Of a stretch of DNA of 64,000 nt, positions 12,730-27,019 are shown piece after piece; the first letter of the stretch is position 1; each line of letters opens with the position of its first letter. The notes beneath the pieces were generated by a model that worked only from the letters and a program-made list of their open reading frames with translations, was not told the DNA's origin and did no database searches. The position numbers and the translations under genes were made by a program. Source of the stretch: the human T2T-CHM13v2.0 reference genome, Homo sapiens. The stretch lies in assembly GCF_009914755.1 (NCBI RefSeq), contig NC_060928.1. The stretch is one strand, 5' to 3'.

Positions 12730-13392
12730 TTGGTGACATGATCCTATTAACCTGCAAGTCAGATCACACCATTCTCTTCTCAGAGCCATCCAGCAGCATC
12801 CCATCTCTCTCAGATAAAAGCCAAAGTCCTTGCAAGGGCTTGCAAGGCTTTGCAGCATCTGCTTCTTCCACCCCTATCAACTGTCACCTTATGTCCTCCT
12901 CTCCCACACCAGCCTCCTCAGAGTCTTCCTCATATACCAGGCACACTTCAAGCATTTTCACATGCGTTTCCTCTGCCTAGACTGCTCTTTCCTTAGGTAT
13001 CTCCATGTTTGGCTACTCCTTCATGTAATTGCTCAAATGTCACTTTTCAGTGAAGCCTTCCCTATCACCGTATCTAAAATTGCAGTCTACCCTTTCCATA
13101 CACACAGGCTCACACATGAACACGCGTGCAGGCATGCACACACACACACCCCATATACCTCCTTATCTCCCTTCCCTGCTCTACTTTTTTCATTACATCT
13201 ACCATATTCTACCATGTGATATGATTTATTTACTTTCTAAAATGTCTCTATCCACTGCCCTCCTCCCTTAGGTAGTATAAACTCCATGAGGAAAGGGGGT
13301 TTTGTCTGCTTTATTCACTGTTGTATGTCTCGAGCCTAGAACAGTGTCTGGCCTAGAATAGGGGCCCAGGAACTATTTGTCCAGTGAATGAA
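12730..13392 (+). mobile_element. L2a 3' portion
   Basis: aagtcagatcac...aaactccatgagg...ttcactgttgtat...gcctagaacagtgtctggc...tatttgtccagtgaatgaa terminus. Confidence 0.8.
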
Positions 13393-14491
13393 GGCATGAA
13401 TATAATGAAAAAGGTGTGAAGTCATTAACCTCACAGATTGAACTGCAAAGTGGAGGGCCTAGAGGTTATGAAAACTTGGACTAAAGGAAGGCAATGGGAA
13501 GAAAAAAGGAGCTGACTAGGAGAGACTTCATCAAGAAATAACAACCAGGGGCTGTTAACTATCTCAGTGTTCAGGCCTGGATTAAAGGAAATATATTCAC
13601 CATGGGAATTAGGAGAATGTTAGGGGCAAAAGAGGAACTGAAAATGTACTGAAAATAAAATGATGCATAGTTTTATAAACAAATATCAGTCAGATTTAAC
13701 TTCAGTTGTTTCCAAACATAATTGATTGCTATTTTCTTCCTGCTTACATTTCTGAGAATGGCTAAAAGGAAACTAAAAAAGAAGGAAGTGGGAAATGTGT
13801 AACGTGCCATACTTTCCTTTTAAGGCAACTTCAGCCTGAATGCTGGGCAAAGCCTCCCACATTTCACAATTTGTTCTCTATCAGCTCTCAGGAACACAAA
13901 ATACAGGAAAGACAGATCCTGTTCTTCTGGTTTTTTTTCTTTTCTTCTTCTTCTCTTCATTATGTTTTCTCCTCCCCCAAAAACAGTAATCAGAGCAGAT
14001 GACAAGAAATCTTTTTAACATCAGCCTTGGTGTAATAAGCATCTTGGAAATGGAAAAAGCAAGAGGGGATGTGATGAAGTCTTTACCAGTCTGTGCAGAT
14101 GTTAAGACTTTACTAGAGCCACAGCAAGAAAGTACTATTTATGTCAGGTTAATATCTTATTCATACATTTCTTTAGAAATTATGAAGGCATAGTACATTA
14201 ACATCCAGTCATCCAATATTACTTAGAATCATAGGTGATACCTTCAGGAAAAAAAAGGTGGATGATCTTATTTCCTGATTGAAGAAATCTCAAGTACAGT
14301 TGAGAAGCCATATGTGGTTAGTATGTACTTAAGATATGAGCTTTAAAAGCAAGTCCTACATTTCTGCAAATTCAAATTTTACTATTACCTCTTTTAAAAT
14401 TCAGTGTTTTTTAGAGGCATTTGCTTAATTAAGTTTGATTCTATACTTATTTTTCTGCCTTTTAAATACATACCCTAAATTAAAACTAAAT

Positions 14492-15052
14492 CAGTGGTTC
14501 TCAACTAGGGTGATTTTTTTTTCCCTCCAGGGCACATCTGGCAATGTCTGGAGATAGTTTTCACGACTGTGGGGAGAAGAGGGTGTCACATCCATTAAAC
14601 AGAGGCCCAGGTACTATGGTCTGAATGGCTGTATTCCCCCAAAATTCATATGTTAAAACCTGATCATCAATGTGCCATATTAGAAGGTGGGGCTTTTAGG
14701 AAGGGAATCAGGTCGTAAGGGCAGAGCCTCATGAATGGGATTTGCCCTTATAAGAGTTCCTGGTGAGCTGCTTCGGCCCTTCCACCAGGAGACATGCAGC
14801 AAGAAGGCACCATCTATGAACCAGGAAACAGGCCCTCACCAGACACTGAATCTTGATCTTCAACTTCTCAGCCTGCAGAACTGTGAGAAATAAATTTCTG
14901 TTGTTTATAAACCACCCAGTTAATGGTATCTTGTCATAGCAGCCCAAATGGACTAGGGATGCTGCTGAACATCCCAGAGTACGCAGGACGGCCCCCGCCA
15001 CAGAGAAGAATCTAATTTAAAATGCTGATAGTGCCGAGGGTGAGAAACTCTG
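14492..15052 (+). mobile_element. MER20 (hAT-Charlie) split by an MLT1A LTR
   Basis: cagtggttctcaact...ggcaatgtctggaga; resumes gggatgctgctgaacatcc...gtgccgagggtgagaaactctg. Confidence 0.85.
14612..14956 (+). mobile_element. MLT1A-type MaLR solo LTR
   Basis: tactatggtctgaatg...ccccaaaattcatatgtt...agaactgtgagaaataaatttctgttgtttataa...tagcagcccaaatggacta. Confidence 0.85.
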
Positions 15053-15234
15053 GCCTAAATCATCTCTGATAGAGATCCCCAAATTATGATAAAGCAATAA
15101 CCATTTTAGTCCAAGTGTGTCCTTCACATAAGACTAAGGAGTGGAAGAGTGGAGCTCTGCAAATTGCATTGTTTAAAAATGCAGTCAGACCCTACTTTGG
15201 AACATTCTGCCCTTACTGGTAATACTAATTATGA

Positions 15235-15599
<365 letters not shown>

Positions 15600-16608
15600 G
15601 GATCTTCTATGCTCTTTTCTGTTCCTACACAGAAATTACAGGAAATTCATCACAGAATCAGTGAACACCAAAGCTGAAAGGGACTGCAGAAGGTAGCACA
15701 ATGGATCCTCTCACTTTACTGATGGGAGGGGAAGTGGTGCAGACTGAGGTCACAGTCTTGCTTTCAGGCCCCAGCTGGTCAGTTTCAGAGCTTGGATTAG
15801 AATTCACTCCATCCCTCAGGTCTGTGCTCCTTCTCCTTGACTCGGAAGCAAATGTGAAGAATGGAGCCCAAGAAGGTTACAAAAAAAAGTCTTTGGACCA
15901 AAGTCTCTCTCTTGATTTCAGCCTCAAAGGAAGTGAGCTAATGTGGAGATGCATGGCACTCCTGGCTCCCCATCTTTGGGAGTGGTGAGCCTCCCAAGCA
16001 CAGGAAGATTCAGCACCAACTCTAGCTGCAGATCTATCCCAAGGCCCAGATTGCATTAGCCAAGACCTCTCCAGGAAGCCTGTTGGAGTGAGCAGAGAAG
16101 AGCCTCAACAGGTGGCAAGTGGTCTCAAGTGCCACTTCTCTCTGAAAGGAAAGTCCTGCAAAAATGAAAATCTGCAAATGCTTTAAAAACGAGTGGCAGA
16201 GGATGGCGTCTCTGCCCTTTCTCCTCCTGGGTAAAGGGCAGTTGACCCTCACTATGTCTTCCAAATGCCTCCCATGACTTCCCAGCATCAACCACATCAA
16301 AAAAAAAAAAAAAAAAAAAGAGAGAGAGAGAGCACACAACTGCGCTAGGCATTCACAACATTCTCTTCCTTCAGGGGCTCCAATCTGGGCCCTGGCAGGT
16401 TATCAAAGAGACTTGGGTCTCTTTGTCCCCCATCCCTAATCTGTCTTGGTGTCTCTCTTTGGCCCTCCCATGGATGACATCCCCCCCAGAGACCTTGCCA
16501 GTCAGCCTGCCCACCTGGCCTCCCCACAGAACTGGCTATATAGCAGGAAACGGATTTGCCACTTCTCCATTTCCAGATGGCACTGAAACAAGTACACATC
16601 CTCCTTTC

Positions 16609-16652
16609 ACTTTCAAAGAGCTCTATGACTACTTTCAAAGAGCTCTATGACT
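16609..16652. repeat. Perfect 22-bp tandem duplication
   Basis: actttcaaagagctctatgact twice. Confidence 0.95.
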
Positions 16653-16719
16653 AGTTACCTTAGAGAAACTGACAGAACAAAGGAACAAGCCTGCTTATGT
16701 GGTACTAGTAAAATCATAA

Positions 16720-16940
16720 TATCAGCCACTACTTATGAAGCATCTTGTATGTGTCCGGCTCTGTATTAGGTATTACACCTGCATTATCTACAAGCCTTTC
16801 ATCAATCCTGCAAGGAAAGTATTAGTTTTACTCCCATTGTAAAGGTGAGAGAACTAAGGATTAGAATGATTTGAGACCACAGAACTTGTAAATAAAATTT
16901 TAAACATTTTGGTCTAAGTTGCCTTTCTCTTCAACATGCT
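16720..16940 (-). mobile_element. MIR
   Basis: aatcctgcaagg...cccattgtaaaggtgagagaactaagg, degenerate MIR core. Confidence 0.65.
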
Positions 16941-17190
16941 AGAAATGAGTCTAGACTTACCTGGCTCATAGCTCCCTCTTTAGCTCTTTTACATGGCATT
17001 CATTTAAACATGCCTTCTCACATTTTTCTGCTTGGAGGCAGAGCTTGTCCAACCACCCCTCCATAGACACCACTGCCTCCCAGCTCCATTTGCCCCTGTC
17101 TGCTGAGCTCCTTCTATACTGTCCACATGTGTTCTCTAGTTGCTGCTTTAGCTCTATCCATGCCCAGCCACTAACAGTTGGGTTAGTGGT

Positions 17191-17577
17191 TGCTACGGTT
17201 TGAATGTGTCCCCTCAAAACTTCAGGTGTTGCCAATGTGACAGTATCAAGAGGTAACAGGGCCTTTAAGAGGCCATGAAGGCTACTCCCTCATGAATAGC
17301 AGTAAGGCCCTTATAAAAGAGGCTTCCCACAGTGTTCAGTTAGCTTGATCTTCTACCTTTCTGCCATGTGAGGACACAGTGTTCCTCCCCTTTAGAAGAT
17401 GTGGCATCAAGGTACCATCTTGGAGACAGAGAGTAGCCCTCCCCAGACATCTGAACCTGCTGGTGCCGTGATCTCGGACTTCCCAGCCTCTAGAACTGTG
17501 AGAAAACAAATTTCTGTTCTTGATAAATTACCCAGTCCTGGGTATGTTGTTACAGCAGCACAAAATGGACTAAGGCA
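17191..17577 (+). mobile_element. MST-family MaLR solo LTR
   Basis: tgctacggtttgaatgtgtcccc...aaaatggactaaggca with TG...CA ends and a 5-bp TSD gtggt on both sides. Confidence 0.9.
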
Positions 17578-18319
17578 GTGGTTCTCTGGAACAACTGCCA
17601 ATAGTAAGTAGGAATATCCCATTGTCCCACCCAGGGTCTAGGTGAGTACGGACAGTCTCAGGGCTTGACTGAGCACTGAGCTATTTTCTCTCTGGACTAT
17701 CTTACTATCTGTTTGGCTGGCCTGCTACAGAGCTTCTGGGATCTGGGCTCTCCCTTTATGCATTCGGCATCTTCCAGAGGCCAAGCCCAGCCCGGACTCC
17801 AGCTAGCTGTCTGGAGGCCCTAGTTCAGACAAGCCTCTTTATCTTAGGGCTTGAGGCCTGGCTTCTGGGATCCCTCATGTCATCTGGAAGAAGGATCCTG
17901 TTGGCTTTACAACCTCAATACCCACAGACAATAAAGACTGGGTCCACTCTAAGAATCAGTTGTCACCCTCCACCTTGATCCCTGAGAAAATTCCCTTCCC
18001 CCACCCTCTGCATACACACCTCCTTTGGCCATTACTGTGGCCTTATTTTGACTTGATTTTTTCCCCCAGTCTCTGAAGCTTTGTGAGAGTTTTGGCTAAG
18101 ACATCATCTCCCTAGCCTCCATTCCTGGTTTAGACCCAGGCTGATTTACTTCTCTACATGGAGTCCAAACATATTAAAAATCTAATGCCCTGGGCTACCC
18201 TGATTGTAGTCTGCTCACCCTCTAGATCCCGGTTAACTTAGGAAGACTCATAAAGGTGCTTTTAGTCTAATGATAGAGTTAAGTTGTCCAAATCAAGAGT
18301 CACCAGACTCCCGGGGTAT

Positions 18320-18670
18320 TCATTGTCCATTCAACAAATATCCACTGAGTGTCTGCTATGTAGTCAGCACTGATGGTGGCATTTGGTGTTAGGGATTCAG
18401 CAGTGAGCATGACAGCCAAGGTTCTTCCTCTCAAGGAGCTCGTATTCTGCTGCAGGAAGACAGGCAATACATGAATAAACAAGTAATAATAATAATAACA
18501 ATAATAAAACCATTGGTGGTCAGCCTCACTCAGAGAAGTAAAATAAGCTACTGCGGTAGAGAATTGTGTAGCCAGAGAATACTCCTCTCTGTTGATTTTA
18601 AGCTAAAATCTGAATTACAAGAAGAGTTCCAGGCAAAAGTTCTGGGTTGGGAACAGAAAGAATGCCAATG
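18320..18670 (-). mobile_element. L2 3' end
   Basis: cattcaacaaatatccactgagtgtctgctatg...cctctcaaggagctc. Confidence 0.7.
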
Positions 18671-18681
18671 TTGTTTTTAAA

Positions 18682-21052
18682 AACAATCTTTTATTTTAGA
18701 AATAGTATATTAGTTTCCTAGAGCTGCCACAACAAAATACCACAGACTGGGCGGCTTAGACAACAGGCATTTATTTTCTCAGCGTTCTGGAGTCTGGAAG
18801 CCCAAGATCAAGGTCCTGGCAAGGTTGGGTTCTTCTGAGAACTCTCTCCTTGGCTTGCAGACAGCTGCCTTCTTGCTGCCTCTTCACATGGCCATCTCTC
18901 TGTGCACAGACACCCCGGTGTTTCTTTTCTTTTAAGGACACCAGACATATTGGCTTAGCGCCCTACCCCAATGGCCTCATTTTAACTTAATCACCTCTTT
19001 AAAGCCCTTATATGCAAGTATGGTTCTATTCTGAGGTACTAGGGCTTTAGAATTCAACATATGAACATTGTGGGCAGGGGTTGGGAACAGTTCAGCCCAT
19101 GATAAATAGTTTTAGATGTAAAGAAAATTTGCAAAGATAATACAGAAAGTTCCCATATATCCTGTACCTAGTTTTTCCTATTATTAACGTCTTATATTAG
19201 CATGGTACATTTGTCACAACTAATGAACAAATATTGACACATTATTATTAACTAAAATTCATACTTTACTCAGATTTTCTTCATTTTTACCTAATGTCAC
19301 TTTTGTGTTTTAGGATCTCATCCAAGATACCAACATTACCTTTAGTCATTATGTTTCATTAGGCTCCTCTTGGCAGGGACAGTTCCTCAGGCTTTCCTTG
19401 TTATAGATAACCAGTTTGGAGAGGATGGGCCAGCTATTTGGAGACTGACAAGCTTGTAGAATGTCTCAGCTGTGATTTGTCTGATGTTTTTCTCATGACT
19501 AGACCCGTGTTATAGATTTTCAGGAAGAAGACCACAGAGATAAAGTGCCATTCTCATCACGTCATATCAAGAATGCATGATATCGACATGATTTATCACG
19601 ACTGATGTGAAGCTTCATCATCTGGCTGAGGGAGTATTTGCCATTTTCCTCATTGTAAAGTGACTCCTTCTTTTCTGCCTCCTTTTTCGACTGTACTTTT
19701 CAAAAGGAAGTCACTATGTGCAGATCTATTCAAAGAGTGGGAAATTATACTCCACTTCCTTGATGGTGGAGATTCTACACAAATTATTTGAAATTCTTCT
19801 GTGTGATAGATTTGTCTTCTTCCACATTGATTTTTCCCATCATTTATTTATACCAGTATAGATTCATGGATGTTTACTTTATACTTTCAGTTATAATCCC
19901 ATGCTACTTTATTTATTTTGCTCAGATTGTCCCAGCTTTGACCTTAGGCACTTGTTCAGTTGGCTCCCGTGCCCTTTTGACATACCCCTATTATTATGGG
20001 AGTTTTTTTGAATACTTCCTTAACTCTTGCTGTTACAAGATATTTCAGGCTCCTATATTTCCCCCCACCCAGCCCTACAATCAGCCACTTCCTTCAAGAA
20101 GCTATGGTTGTTTTTACTGGAGAATGGTATTAGAAACCAAGGTCTGGGTCCCACATGTGTTCATTGTTGCTGTAGTGTCATTTCTAGGCCCTTTCAATTG
20201 ACAGAGCAAGGGAATATATACATGAATGCTAACCTACCACATAGGTTAGCATATGATACTTTTTACCATATAGATACTTTAGCATATGATAGTTTATACC
20301 ATATGATACTTTATACCATACACTTTTTTCCTATACACAAAAGTATCTATAACATTGATGTATATGCATACATCTATATCTATATTAAGCTAAACAAGAG
20401 TTCATACTGATGTTTTCAACTCCAATACATCACCACATAGACCACTCTAGCCTACTCTCCTAGCTTCACTGTAACCTCCACTTCAATAGTGAGAAACCTG
20501 CCTCCCACCATCTACTTATTTAATCATTCAGTTCCAATATATCATATGTTGTTTCAGAAGTGTTTATCTGCACCTCCCTTAGGAAAAAACTATCAATCAG
20601 AGTACAATGCTTAAATACGACTGCTTTTGCCTTCAGTTTTGCAGTCTCTATGCATTTTCAAAGTTACTTAGGTCGGCACCTTTATCGCCCAATTCCTTCA
20701 GTGAGGTAATTTCATCTATTCGTGATAGTTAGATTCTTTTGTCACAGTCTGCATTCCTTCTTGGGATCCTCTGACCTCCTAAATATTTTGTTTAAATTTC
20801 CACACATTAAAGTACATTCTTTGTGCTGTAAAACTCCATTGATTTTGACAAATGTAGTGTCACATATTCACCTTTAGGGCGTTATACAGAGTATATCCAC
20901 CACCCTAAAACATCCCTGTGCTTCGCCTATTCAATCCTCCTTTCCTCCCAAATCCCTGGCAACCACTGCTCTGTTTACCATCTCCAAAGTTTTGCTTTTT
21001 ATAGAATGTCATAAAAATAGAATCATACAATATATAGCCTTTTCAGACCAGC
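18682..21052 (-). mobile_element. L1MC/L1MD-type 3' region, interrupted by MLT1B
   Basis: tttagatgtaaagaaaatttgcaaagataatacaga...gagaatggtattagaaaccaagg...ccctggcaaccactg...agaatgtcata. Confidence 0.8.
18706..19104 (-). mobile_element. MLT1B/C-type MaLR solo LTR
   Basis: tattagtttccta...aaaataccacagactggg...ttcagcccatgata; 5-bp TSD aatag. Confidence 0.85.
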
Positions 21053-21135
21053 TAGAATACCTATGTTATAATAGAGAGGTAATAGTCAACAGGTTAAATG
21101 TTGCTGAGGGGTAAATAAATACAGAAGAGTGACTT

Positions 21136-21373
21136 CAAGTTGATTATCTCTTATCCAAAAGGCTTGGGACCAGAAAGGCTTTGAATTTTGATTTTTTGGA
21201 TTTTGGAATATTTACCTTGTATTTTGCTGGTTGAGCATCTGAAATCCAAAAAATATCCGAAACCCAAAATGTTCTAACAAGCATTTCCTTTGAGCTTCAT
21301 GTCAACACTCAAAAAGTTTCAGATAGTGGAGCATTTCAGATTTCAGATTTTTGGATTTGGGGTGCTCGATCTG
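21136..21373. mobile_element. Tigger4a/MER46-like TcMar MITE within a degraded L2
   Basis: caagttgattatctcttatccaaaaggcttgggaccagaa...ggatttggggtgctcgatctg, with internal repeats of ggattttgg. Confidence 0.75.
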
Positions 21374-22262
21374 TGCTAGATTTGGTAACATGGAAAACAG
21401 TATTAGAGGAGGGTGAAGATGTAAAATATCATTTGGAAAGTGAAAAGCAAACACACTAGGGAAGACAGAGAAGTGTGCTGGGCAGTGGAGTATCACTTGA
21501 TAATCCATGGTCAAGAGTTTCAAGAGGGAATGGTCAGCACCCCCATGTGTTTTACTCCAGTGATGTTCAGCTGCTGCAATGCAGGCACACAGTAGTTGGG
21601 TAAATGGATTTAACCAGGGCAGACTTTGCCAGTCAAGTTTAATGGAGGATAAGATGGGAGAGAATGTAATGGGTAGACATACAGATGCAATTATAATAAT
21701 GGACCCTGAGATCTGAGTTGGTTTAAGAGGGAAGTAATGTATCAGGAAAACACGGTGGGGTCCACAGATGGGATGAGTTTTGATAAAGTCAGGAAGTGGG
21801 GGCCAGAACAGGAGGTGGCACTGGAGTAGTGGGCTACTTGAAGGTAAGATCAGTTATTGCTGATGACAGGTCAACAGTGTGGCGTTGAGAATAGATGGTT
21901 CGCATGGGGTGGAGGAGAATATATTGCAAATGAGGAGATCAAGAAGCCACAAAGCCATGAAAATAGATGGATGGTGATATCATCAAATATATTGACAGGG
22001 GTTGAGATGGAAAGAAAAGGATAGTAACCAAGGTGCTAAAATTAACTGTAAATGGGGAGGAGTAGCCAGAGGATTCATACATATTTTAACAAGCATGGAT
22101 ACCAATTTCTGTGTTCCTCTTGCTTTGTATGAAAAAGTCAACATACCTAATTTTCAGACATGATTAGGCATCCACTTATTATAGCATAGCCTACACAAAA
22201 GAGGATCACAAGACAAGGTTAAATACTTTGCTCCTACTCTTTCAAATATACTATTTAGATAG

Positions 22263-22623
22263 TGTATCAGAGTTCTCTAAAAAAACAGAACCAACATGAG
22301 ATTTATTTTAAGGAATTGGCTCATGCGACTGTGGGGGCTGGCAAGTCTGAAATTTGTAGGGCAGGCCAGCATGCTGAAAACTCAGGCAGGATTTTATGCT
22401 TCAGTCTTGAGACAGACTTTCTTTAGTTTTTGCTCTTGAGGCCTTCAGCTGATTGGATCAGACCCACCCAGATATCCCTGGGTAATCTCCTTTATTTCAA
22501 GTGAACTGGCTAGTGATGTTAACCACATTACAAAATACCTTCACAGCAACAGCTAGGTTAGTGTTTGATAAGTAACTGAGCAGTATAGCTCCATCAAGTT
22601 GACACATAAGACTAACCATCACA
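22263..22623 (-). mobile_element. MLT2 (ERVL) solo LTR, MLT2D-like
   Basis: aaggaattggctcatgcgactgtgggggctggcaagtctgaaat...ttgacacataagactaaccatcaca. Confidence 0.85.
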
Positions 22624-25414
22624 GATGGTATAAATGGAACAGCAAACACAGAACAAGACAGCTGTTGCAGCTTTCTGCAATTTAATATGGCAAATATAGA
22701 TTCTGGCAGTTTTTGATTAGAGGACATTCATTATGACATGGAAACACCACTAGATTATATTTTCCTATACACAAAAGTTAGCTTTTCTTTAGCATAGTAA
22801 GACATCCTCAAAGACTATCTCTGAAAGTTTTAAAAACAGGCCAAGCTGACAGAGTTTTAAAACTTTCCTAAAAGGTGACAGGTATTAGCACAGCACAAGC
22901 CAAGTCTAGAAGCAATAAAGTTGATCTTTCTTACAGGCAACTATTTTAGTTTTCAATGCCAATGACTCAAGAGTGAGCGTAGGAACATAACCCCAGACAC
23001 AGAAGGAAAACCTGATCATGACCATGGAGCAGAGTTCTGGAGGAGGAATGCTCAAATCTTAAAGAGCTTCAAATCATAAAGTACATCACATGTTGGCCAA
23101 TAAGCAGAAGGATTATTACAATAATCTATGCAACAACTGAAGTCTCACTGTATACAACAAAAGGTCAGTGCCTTTAGGTGTGCAAATTTATTTCCTTGAG
23201 CTAAAATAGATTGTAAGCAACAGTGAAACTTGCCCAACTAACTTGTGAATCACTTAAACCAGCTGTTTATGTCATTTAGCTAAGTAGCCCCAAATAAGGA
23301 ATGCATAGATTCCTTATTTAGGGATTAATCTTAACAAAGATTAAGATTCTGTGCTGTTTAGGGATTGCCCTGTGAAGGGAGGTGCCCATGGAAAGGCTCC
23401 TTCAGAGGCACCACACACATGGCCATATTTGCCCTAGCCTGTGGGGAATTAGCTAGAATTCTACCATGTGCTACAGACACCAGGGAGAGTTTAAGCAAAC
23501 CACACCAGAAGAGGAAACAAAGATCTCCAATGAGACCCTAATAGCAATTTCATTAAATAAATTTTGGAATGCAATCTCTTCAAGAGTGGCTATGGAAACA
23601 GACCAGATCTCTTTGCTGTCTCTGAGGCCATGCCTCGTCATTCTCTTCTCAACTTCACTCCTGCTGGCTTCCCAAGTTCACTAGGAGCATCCTCTTTTGC
23701 AGATATCTAGCCCTCATTATGTTTCTTCCAGCTCTATGGAAAGCAGGGTCAGGATAAGCAGAAGAGCAGACCAGCACGTGCTTTCTGCCTCCCATGGCTC
23801 TCATTGTTTCCTATGGACTGATAAATACAAACGGGTTTTTTCCGAGTTTCGTTGTGGACGGGGTCATCCCTTGTCATCAGAGTGCTGTCACACGTAGTAG
23901 TCATTTGTTTATTCTTCTTCTTTCAGCTGTCCTCCTCCTCCTCCTATTATGTTCTTGCTTGGGCTGAGTATCACAGTTCCTTAGCAAACATCAGGGACAG
24001 GCATATTTGCCAAGATCCAAGGATAAAGCATTTTGGAAGAAAGCCGAGAAAATGGTGTAGCCACTGAATTTCTGCTTCTTTTTATTTAACAGAACTACAG
24101 AACTACTTTTAGTCATTATCACTGGATTAAACACACACAAAACTGATTAGTTCTGGTTGTTATTCATTATTCTCCCACTTCTTGTTTCTAAAAAATCAGC
24201 ATTACAAACAACTCTCCAGGATCTTATTCCAATCAACCTATCTCAAGTCTTACAATTAATATTCCTAATATAACCACTACACTGTTCGACTTACTTTTTT
24301 TTTTTTTAAGCAATGAAAACCAATGCCAATGAATCATGAATCTCTACAAAAATAGAGGCCAAAGAGGTGAACCGGAGAGCAAACTTGACATTGGAAAGCA
24401 AGAGCCTCCCTTGCCTTCCCCTGTTCACTAAAGCCAGTGGCTCTGGTTAACGCAGGAAACACAGTAAATACACAGTAAATTGTACACACAAAGCAGCCAT
24501 CGGCAATTTGCCTGGTGGGGTTGGATAGCATGTGGCTGATAGGTCTCAGGAGATGAGGAACAAACAGCCATGATGGATTAAGTGATTGCTATTGGCTGTG
24601 TGCTTGCCCTGAATATTTCACCATGGACAGTAATCAATTACTAGAGACCAGTAATGATACCAATCAAATGCACTTAGCACTTCTGCACTATCAACCTGAG
24701 GGCTGCCGACCTGCCACTTAGAAAAGGTTTGGGCTGTGTGAGAAACGATCTGTGAGCTAGCCACTGTTCCCACTGTAGACCAGGCAGAAAAGCAGGCTGC
24801 TTTTTCTTCGTGTTAAAAAGATAAATGGATAAATTAGCCACTCACCTGCCCTACATTAAGGTTTATTTTAAAACAAGCAATAGTATCCCTCTCCCTCACT
24901 CCCAGAGGGAGGACAGTTTATAAATATTTTGGCATCATACGACGTCTCCTGGTCAGCAGTTTTTTGAAAGCAAACAGCCTCAAAGAAAATGACTGGGCAG
25001 AGGCCATGGTAAGGCAGAAAAACAGATGTCGATTGTTTCTGAATACTGCTGGTCACCATAGCATTGGGTTGTTATGATGTCACTTCTCATCTTTTTGTTC
25101 TGTGGTGGGAACGCCGTGCGTCATCACTGAATGTTCAGAATGCCTCTATCTTATGCCGTTCTTTATGGTGTCCATGAGAAGTTGAAAAAGAAAAATCAGC
25201 CTCTCTGTGTTTCTAGCATGTCAAAATATAAACCTGTTCCTTCTCTTCTTGGGGTGTGGCATCTTTGTTCTCCCTGCAGTCATCTCCATTTAGAAGATGA
25301 TACTGTGTGGGAGTTCTCGGCATGAATCACAGAGCTGTCAGTACGTGGAGTCTGGTGCACCTTCCCGCCTGGCCACTTTGTTCAGCACAAGTCTTTCATG
25401 AAACAGTGGACTGT

Positions 25415-26070
<656 letters not shown>

Positions 26071-26299
26071 TTAGGCTTAACAATAATGGGAACTAATTGA
26101 AATGGGGGAAACGCCTTAGAAGAGTTGTCCCACACTTAATCCTTGAGGTGTATTTTTTGCTGGGTTTTAACAGTTTTTCCAGACAAGCAAAAATTCCCGT
26201 TTCATGAGCTGGAGAGCACAGAAAAGTCTAAGTTCATTAAAGGGTGCCATCCAACTGCCATTTACAGATCACTTCAGTTCTTTAGTTGTCCCATCGTAA

Positions 26300-26475
26300 A
26301 CTTATATACAACAGGGAAAGGAAGGGGCAAAAGAGGGCATTTAAGAGAGTAGAAATATTTGCATCTTGACTGGGGTGGTGGTTATAAGGGTGTATGCATT
26401 TGTCAGAACTCAAACTGTGTACTTAAAATTGGTGCATTTGTTGTATGTAAACTTCATCTCAATAAAATTGAGGTT
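26300..26475 (+). mobile_element. L1ME 3' end
   Basis: atcttgactggggtggtggttataagggtgtatgcatttgtcagaactca...tgtaaacttcatctcaataaa. Confidence 0.7.
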
Positions 26476-27019
26476 AAACACTCTGGACTAACAAGCAACT
26501 CCCAATTAACAAGCAAGATCACTGGCTGAGGAAGTGAGAAGGACGTGTCCTTATCTTACTTACCCCTGTTAAACAGGGGGCAATCACTTTCAAATACCAC
26601 ACATTCCTGAAGGAATCACCCTGCTCTACCCCTGCTCAGCATCATTGATGGAAGTGACTGCTCACTGTTGAACCTGCTTCTTCTCTTGATTCCTCGCAGA
26701 GGCAGCTGCTGGCTACAGACTTACTAAATTGCAAGTCGCCTCAGTTGGCAGAACTGCCCCTTCTCGACGATTTATAAACTCTGTCCATCGAGAGCACACT
26801 CCAGAGACAGGGCTCTGGACGGGACAGAAGCAGGAATCTTGGCCAAGGATACAAAGCTTCCAGAACTACCAAAGGCATTGTCCGCCAATAAAATACCACT
26901 CTGAATGGACTCATTCATGTCCCATTAACAAAAGTGTTGCTAATAATAGGTGCCACCTTACTTATGCTACAAGGGCACTGTAAGAATTAATGAAATAATG
27001 AGGTCTCTGGAGCACTTGC

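Noticed and set aside
20246-20320. Degenerate repeats of catatgatac/taccata
   Set aside because: Decayed simple-repeat expansion inside an old L1 3'UTR; not a spacer-containing array
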